From: Epithemia pelagica
Lineage: Eukaryota > Protista > Bacillariophyta
NCBI GenBank assembly: GCA_946965045.2
Contig: OX337232.1
Location: 868,001-932,000, forward strand
Direction of reading: 5' to 3'
Length of the DNA stretch: 64,000 nt
Part shown: positions 56,783 through 64,000 of the stretch, piece after piece
Position numbering within the stretch: the first letter of the stretch is position 1
Layout of the letters: every line of letters begins with the position of its first letter
The notes under the pieces: generated by a model
Database searches by the model: none
The model's input: the letters and a program-made list of their open reading frames with translations, nothing else
Told to the model about the DNA's origin: nothing
Translations under genes and position numbers: made by a program

Positions 56783-57022
56783 TGAATAAAAACTGACGGC
56801 CAGACGCAATATACGGCTTGCAACAATCAAACTATCAGAAATTATGGTAACTAAACTAGGGGTGCCCTTTGGGGGCAAATCGCTCACGTAGGGGCCAAAC
56901 AGCGACCACGGTACCCACTAGCGAATACGCAACTAGGGGCCGGGCGATGCCAGGCGATGCGTAGCGAGGCATGGCGAGGCCCTTCGTAGGTTACAAAGGG
57001 GGCGCCCGTGATTATTTATTCA
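56783..57022 (-). repeat. 5-prime LTR of Copia-2 (shared with an upstream tandem remnant)
   Basis: Appears identical to 49727-49966. Confidence 0.92.
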
Positions 57023-57170
57023 GTCCCCGCAAACAAAATCGGGGTGGGAAACTTCGTTTAGTTCGTCATGTCAGCAGAGGCCGGTCCAGTACGTCGGACT
57101 ATTCTTCAAAAGGGGCGATCCCATTTTGAATCTAAAAAGGGGTCTGCTACCACATGATACGTTGGGCCAG
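57023..57170 (-). mobile_element. Remnant of a second tandem Copia-2 copy (PPT plus pol 3-prime end)
   Basis: Matches 49967-50114 with three substitutions. Confidence 0.85.
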
Positions 57171-57972
57171 TTCCAATGAGTTGATCCCAAATACGCTGTC
57201 ACAATATTTTCCCACCATCGTCACAATTTTTGTCCCCAACCCTCATTTTTTCCCCAACAATCAAAATACAGCCAGTGAGTCCCGTTATCTCATGCTCTAT
57301 TTGTCGGAATTTTTCCTTCCACATGTAGTAGCATTGTCTCACAAATGATCGCAAATTTTCGACAAATCACTATTGCTTTCATTTGTAGACGACAAATAGA
57401 TGCAACTGCATCTATTTGTCTCATTTCACTACAAATAGATGCACACTTCTCTACCTCATCATTACTTATGCCCCGAAGTTCCGAATCTGTCACGCTGTGA
57501 CACACACGTGACACTGCTTGCTGTGTATTGCACCTCTTTTTTATCCTATCGCGATCATTTGTCTTTCGAAGTCCAAGTGATCGATCCACAATAACAGCCA
57601 CAACAACAGGTCGTCCTATTCTTCTTTCGGTATGTTTCTCAACCTGTCTTTGTGATTCTTGATGTCTTTCTAACACTATCTTACTTTACATTGACAGACG
57701 GCGTCAATTTAATCTTTTCCAATCCATCCTTGTGCAATTTCCATCCACCTTGCTCAGCATCGTAATTTCCACCGTGCCTTGTGTACTGTTTCATTGTTTC
57801 ATCAAGAAATCAAGACGATACAAAATTTGTCCGGCGCAAGAGACACTGTGGTACCTTGGCTGGCTTGTGGTGTGAGCAACACTGTGGTAGCTCAACCAGC
57901 AAATTTTGTTCCTCAAGGAATTTTGCCAGGAGTTGTTTGAAACGGTACTCAGACGTGGAATGGAATGATACG

Positions 57973-60900
57973 ATGCCGGTGAACAAAAAGAAAACAAAGA
58001 CCATCCAAAAGAACAAGCAAAATGCCTCATTTTCCACTAATGACCTGACGGTATTCCGCCAATTTGTCGACATCATGAAGCCTATGCTATCAGGAGAAGC
58101 CACCAATTGTCATAATCAAAATGACTCATCCGATGAATCCGATAGCAATTTTTCTTCATCTTACTTGGCTTCATCGGATCCTCGGGAAAATGATCCATCA
58201 CCGACACGCGTTACACGCTCCACCAAGGAATCACCCACGAACGATGAAAAGTTGTCGAAGAACAGCAGCTCCAAAGGACGTCGACGATTTACAAGGTCAA
58301 CAGCAACAAGCACCTTGACAAAACACGCTGGAACTACACATAGTTCGACAAAACGACGTTCTTCGGTGGTGAATACACGCACAAAAAAGAAATCCAAAGG
58401 CACAACACAATCTTCCTCAGTGGCTGCCCTCGCCCCAAATACAGACCCTCCTACAGAAATACCTCCGACGGAAAATCAGGTGATCCCAATCCAGGTGGAT
58501 GGAAATTTGGACGAGGAACATTGGCATAGATTCAATCTCCGAGTTTTTGGCAATTCCTTCGGTGATGTTTCAAACTTAGGCACCACAAGCACCTCTGCCA
58601 GTAATACAAAGTTCATGTCACGATCTCAGTTAAATCACGAGATTTACATCAAGAAACATTGGAAGACTGGTGATCCTAATGCTCAAGGTCCAGTTTACGA
58701 TGGTGCACCAGATCCCAGAATACCACGAGGATTTCGTAAGCTATACCCACAAGGACGAAGTAATAAACTGCTACGAAGAGAAGTTAGAGCCATTCGATTG
58801 GACAATGGCGCAAACGAATACGCTTTGTTTGACCGTGACCTTAGAGTTGTCGCTGCTGAAGATGTTTTCGATATAATTCGTGAGAAACACATCGAGACAG
58901 GCCACAAGCTATCAGAAGAGACAACCTACAACGCCATAAAAAATGACTACCATAACATAACGGTTAGACAGGTCAAAGAGTTCATCAACGGATGCCCACA
59001 GTGCATGCTCCAACGTCGACCCCAACTGCCCCACAAGGGAGCTTCTAAACCGATCAGATCATTCGCATTTCGCGATCGATACCAAGCGGACCTGATCGAA
59101 ATTGACGAGGAAGGACGAACTGGTGCACGAGATATCTACGGAGTCGAGATGCACTACATTCTGTCCTGCAAGGACCACTTTTCGCAATATGTTATGCTTG
59201 CAGCTGTACCAAGCAAGAGTCCAAGATATGTTGCTCATCATTTGGGACTATTCTTTGGATTAATAGGATTCCCGGCCGTATACCAAAGTGACAATGGTCC
59301 AGAGGTCAGTGGAAACGAAATCATTGCGATGATTTTACAGAACAATCCACATATTGACACCTGCAATGGACGACCAAGAACACCAAGGGAACAAGGTTCG
59401 GTTGAACACAAACAAAGGGATCAGGAACACCGTCCAAGCCTTCGTGGCAGAAGAGTGGGCTAGAGGCAATCATGATTGCAATTGGACAATGGTTTTGGGC
59501 AGAACAATGAGTGCTCTGAATGGTGCCTCCAGACGTACCACATCGAAAGCGTTTTCGTCTTATGAGACTGTGTTTGGAACCAAATTTTTTGCACCTACGA
59601 CTGAGGTGCGTGAATACTCCAAAAATGAACTTGGAAGAGGAAGGACTGCGGTAGAAAGGTGTCTTAACTCTGGTAGCCAGGCTCTGACAGAGAAGTATGC
59701 AATAATGGGTGAGCTTACACGAGAGGACATTCCCCAGCTTCGGGATCTTGCCACTCCACGAGTAATTTATCTCATGGACCTCTACCAACGGACACATGAT
59801 GAAGGTCCAGATGCCAAGTTTATGACGGCTCAAAAATCTGATTGGTCTCTTGTCCCACCAGAACTACGGCCATTTCAACTCCCACAAGATGTTGACAATG
59901 AGGGAGAGCCAAATGTGTTACAGCGATCTCACGAGCCATCTCATCTTCCAGACACGTCCATTGTTCCTCCCGAATTCTTGCCAATCGAGCCACCAAATGG
60001 CACACAACAAGGTGGGAAACCGAGCAGCATTGACAAAACAGACAAATTGTGCCCTGATGATGAATGCAAACCGAGTGCACTCGATTTGTCCCTTGTATGT
60101 AAACAAGTTGTTCCTCATGGGGACGCCATGGATCAGGATGGAAACATGAAGCCTAGTAAAATAGAGAATGTTTTGATGCTTTGGGAGGTGAAGCTCAAAA
60201 ACCTCAAACGGGTGCAAGGAATCGGGGACAAAAAGAAGAAAACCTCGTTCCAAGAGGTGGAAAAACAAGGTGATGGACCCATGCTACAAGTCCACAAAAC
60301 AGTGCCCAAAGTGGACAAGGCAAAGCCACAACTCAACAAGCTGGATCAACAAGTGGACAAGTCGGTAGACAAATTTCAAGAATCTGTGGACACGTCCTTA
60401 CAACAAGCCATCAAGTCGATGCAAGAAGGAGGCAAGTCGTCGCAGCAAGCCAACAAGTCGATGCAAAGGGAGGACAAGTCAGTGCAAAAAATCAACAAGT
60501 CGATGCAAAACGCTGACAAATCGTTGCAAAGGGAGGACAAGTCGGTGCAAAAAATCAACAAGTCGATGCAAAACGCTGACAAATCGTTGCAAATGGGGGA
60601 CAAGTCCATGCAAAAAACCGACAAGTCGATGCAAAATGATGACAAATCGTTGCGACCGGAGGACAAGTCCGTGTAAAAAACCGACAAGTCGATGCAAAAT
60701 GATGACAAATCATTGCGACCAGTGGACAAGTCCATGCAAAAAACCAACAGTGCAAAAACCAACAAGTCGATGCAAAATGATGACAACTCATTGCGACCGG
60801 TGGACAAGTCCGCGGAAAAAACCAACAAGTCAATGCAACAGGTCAACGAGTCATTGCAAAAGGGGGACAGGTCCTCGCAACGTGTCTCAATGCAAGAAGT

Positions 60901-62930
60901 GGACAACCTCCCATTGCCACCATTGGACATTTTCGTGCACAAATTTAACAAACCGATGCAAAATTTCGACAAATCGATACAAAAAATAGACAAATCAATG
61001 CAACAAGTTGGCAAGTCGATGCATTTCAAGACCAACATTGAGGAACCAATTACAGAATCAGATCAAGAAGTAATGATTGTTGATGGTCCCGTCGGGAAGG
61101 ATATTAAGGAACGCCTTCAGATGAGCGAGCGTAATCCATTGCTCACAACGGTACTAGATGTGCTTACAGAATCAGAGGACTACAAGAAGGCACATCCCAA
61201 GGACAAAATCGTACAGGCTCGAGTGGAATGTATTTCTTGTCCTTTGATGGCACACCAAGATCATGTATCACTTGATATTCCATCAAAGCATTGCCTTCGT
61301 CATTATTTTGGTCCTTCCTCAACTGCCTGCTGGTTGCCCGACATTCTGATCCATTCTTTTGGTTTGCTATGTACTCATAGAAACCACCACGACAACATGA
61401 TTTTCTACGATGTTGCCCAGATTGTGAGCGCAAAAGATATGGAGTCTTTAAAAGATGCTGTTGGGAGACCCTCAAGTCTCCTTCAAGACAATCCCAAAGT
61501 CAATGAAATAATTGTATTGGCAACTGGGAATAGACACTACGTTGTACTCCAACTTTTGGTTGAGCAGAAACATTGTGTCGTATACGATGGAATGCGAACA
61601 ACAAATATGAGGGGATGGTCTGATGTCACCAAAATGTTATTTTGGAAGTTTGGCATCCACAAGATGTCGAACATGGATGCTGTGTCTGTCGTTGAAAAAC
61701 TGGACACATTGGCTCCAAATAGAAATTGGAGCATCTCACAGGACCCCAAGATTTGTGGTTTACAACACGATAGTCACTCTTGTGGCCCCATAGCTATGCT
61801 CATCATTACAAGTCTTTTTCACACAGCCAAGGATAAAGGAAGCATGCATCTCTCTCAATTTCATCCTGGAAACATGAACAAACAACAGTGGCGAGAAAAT
61901 GTCTCGAATCTTTTCAAGACATATATCGGTTTTGCATGGGGGAATCTATATTCCCAAAAGATTATTCCACTGGAACAGCGAAGGAATATCTACGACTTCC
62001 ATGTGGGGGAACAATGCAACAACTTTTTGGATGAAAAAAGCATTACCCGCAAGAAAGCGCCTTCCAATTCTGAACAACCTTCCAATTCTGAAGCCCCCAC
62101 AGAAGATCAGAGCACCACTGTTCCCCTCCGTCGCTCTGCTCGCAATCTTTCGAAAAGGTGAGTATCGTTGTTCAGACCCTTACTCATACATAAATAATAG
62201 TTTGTTCTGATCAAGAGGAAGTGATGATTTTGAGATTGTGGATGATGTACAGCTACGTATGGAAGAACGCAACTCGAAGACTGAACAAAGGCGTAATGAT
62301 CAGTCTTACCAGGCTAGCAAAATGATCCATATGAACCAAAGGCCGTGGTTTTCAGTTAACATCGGAGACCCAGTGGCTTTTTTCCCCGATGGAAGAGACA
62401 GAGCGACCCACTCAAGGCTAGGTATTCATTGCCTTGTCATTGGAGTTTCTAGAGGAAGCTATCCTTCTATAAGAGTAATGATCCCAGAAGGAATTATTGG
62501 AGACAAGAAATCGAGAACGTCAACTTGGTTCCCACATGACAGATATAATGTGATGCATCCGTCATCTCCCTTGGGAACAGAACGTAGGAAAATACAGACT
62601 CAGATTTTGAATCAGACCTTTGATTCTAGAAGCTACCCTATAATTCCTGTACGAGAAGCACATAGAGTGACATATAGCAGTCAACGATCAATCAAGAAGA
62701 AACAACCTATGCTACAAAATCGAAAAGTAAAATGCAGTTGTAAAAGACTTGGAATACAATGTTCCACAGAAAATTGCAGATGTCGAAAAGCGGGGGTCGT
62801 GTGTTCACATCACTGCAAATGTCTTGATGGCCAATGCATGAACAGGCGAATTCATGGGACAATATTGCCTGGCAATGATCCGAATTCCATGACAGGGAGT
62901 GACGTTCCAAAGAACCGCCCCACAGTATGA
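57973..62930 (+). pseudogene. A3 transposase polyprotein, least damaged copy (frameshift ~59408, TAA 60674-60676, intron 62158-62215; ~1630 aa when repaired)
   Basis: ORFs 57781-59463, 59354-60676, 60692-62161 and 62238-62930. Same motifs as A2. One extra 63-bp repeat unit. Confidence 0.85.
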
Positions 62931-64000
62931 TTGCTGCTTCCATCACGAGATTTTGAACGTTCATGTCGAAATGTGCAATGGCGCACAACCCTTCCGTCAA
63001 ACAATATGGTTATGCCATGTGTAAGTTTGATAACCAGACCATTGTACGAACGGCCATTGACTCGGAGCAAAATATCTGGAAATACAAAGTACCAATCTGT
63101 AGTGGAATGTGGCGTAGTCTCTGCAAATGTAACAATACACACACTGGCATCGTTGACATCAACGTGTGACGCATTTTCCAAATCAACACTAATCATCCAT
63201 TCGCACCACCAAATTCTTCAGGAATCGTAATGCCAGATTGCTTACGCAAACTCTGAAAAAGAGAGCGCACACCTGGGTATTGTTGGTCAGCCAATTCAGC
63301 AACTCCAAGACATACGGACTTGACATAATCTTTTAGCTTTTTGTTGTCTGGCAATGAAATACACTTGTTCGTCCGTTTATAGCGATCAAACATGACACCA
63401 TACCCATTCATTTGTCCATAATCACCTGCATTTCGACGCGCATTCCCACGTGATGATAATGTCGTATCTCTAACGACCTTGTTCAAAGCTAGTGACAAGT
63501 CTTGGTACAAGTTGTCGGAAGACTTCAAGAAAGATACGACAATGTTTGATTGGCCTGTTGGGCGTTTATTTGCATCCAATATTGTGGTCTGAAAGGCATA
63601 AATCATTCTCTCTTTTGAACGTGGATCGTGTACATAGGCTGTGGAATCGTGCAAATTCTGATAAAGAGCTTGAGGAACATAACGATGACATCGGACCTTG
63701 TTGGAACGTGACCGTTCAAATAGGGCCCGATAAAAAAGACGTCTGTTACATACTCCTGTAATAATGTTAGTACCAAATAATCAGGAGGGAGCAAAGGAGT
63801 GTCGTCATCAGCGTCATGAAACTGAATACTGTGAACAACCTTGGGATTCTACATGCCCGTGATGTGATTGACCGTCCACACTTGGTTGATTTTCTTGATA
63901 AAGCTTCCCAATGCAGGCTGGCCTGTTTTGTAAACTATCCGGAGCCACGAAATTGGCAGAGGTACAAGGGATGAAGTAGTGATTGTGCTCCCAATACCAC
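62852..64000 (-). pseudogene. Putative TET/JBP-like dioxygenase, copy A3 (3-prime part; frameshifts near 63195 and 63775)
   Basis: Matches 3069-4220 and 46877-48030. Confidence 0.6.

Larger units (their letters stand above)
49727..57022 (-). mobile_element. Ty1/Copia (CoDi-type) retrotransposon Copia-2, defective
   Basis: 240-bp LTRs 49727-49966 and 56783-57022 with TGAATAAA...TTTATTCA ends. PPT 49967-49975, PBS 56769-56782. No TSD because the right flank is rearranged. Confidence 0.92.
49703..64000 (+). mobile_element. Ginger-like element copy A3, interrupted 24 bp inside its left TIR by Copia-2; runs off window
   Basis: gatc + tgttactcaacatttggagcaaaa at 49699-49726. Resumes at 57171 (equivalent to 31697). 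Lacks the equivalents of 31455-31696 and 31961-32731, and lacks the LINE. Confidence 0.85.

Noticed and set aside
12000-57000. Standalone tRNA genes
   Set aside because: Only 14-nt anticodon-arm matches at PBS positions; no full cloverleaf seen.
59395-59420. Programmed frameshift in the integrase after QGSVE
   Set aside because: No clear slippery site or stimulator. A2 and A3 share it by descent along with a nonsense codon, so an inherited deletion is simpler.

Overview
Eukaryotic, almost certainly diatom, transposon-dense region (inferred from diatom-type Copia elements, an Ambal-like LINE and GTACGT splice donors). The dominant structure is an ~8.7-kb Ginger-like DNA transposon. It has TGTTAC...GTAACA imperfect TIRs, a 4-bp GATC TSD, and an rve/KRBA2-type DDE integrase joined to a 7-aa repeat, a Ulp1/SENP protease and, after a predicted intron, a CXC domain. 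On the opposite strand, next to its right TIR, it carries a putative TET/JBP-like 2OG-Fe(II) dioxygenase. Three near-identical copies (A1 1-5082, A2 31431-48891, A3 49703 to beyond 64000) share flanks, so they arose by segmental/tandem duplication of one insertion. A diverged, inverted, truncated relative (B, 28807-31238) has the same TIR-dioxygenase-CXC layout. Nested in or between these are: a full-length LINE with 16-bp TSD (33103-41877); two Copia elements with paired LTRs (12994-20783, 49727-57022); a one-LTR Copia derivative with TA...TA termini (10802-12929); and three MITE-like elements. Non-TE genes are a conserved hypothetical gene (7572-9530), an interrupted Lys/His/Pro-rich spliced gene, a small membrane-protein ORF with an internal duplication, and a Crinkler-type REase+kinase gene. 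All Copia PBSs match tRNA 5-prime halves (Asn, Ile). Most TE ORFs are broken, and the differences I inspected are mostly transitions. Family assignments rest on motif recognition by eye; no database search was run.
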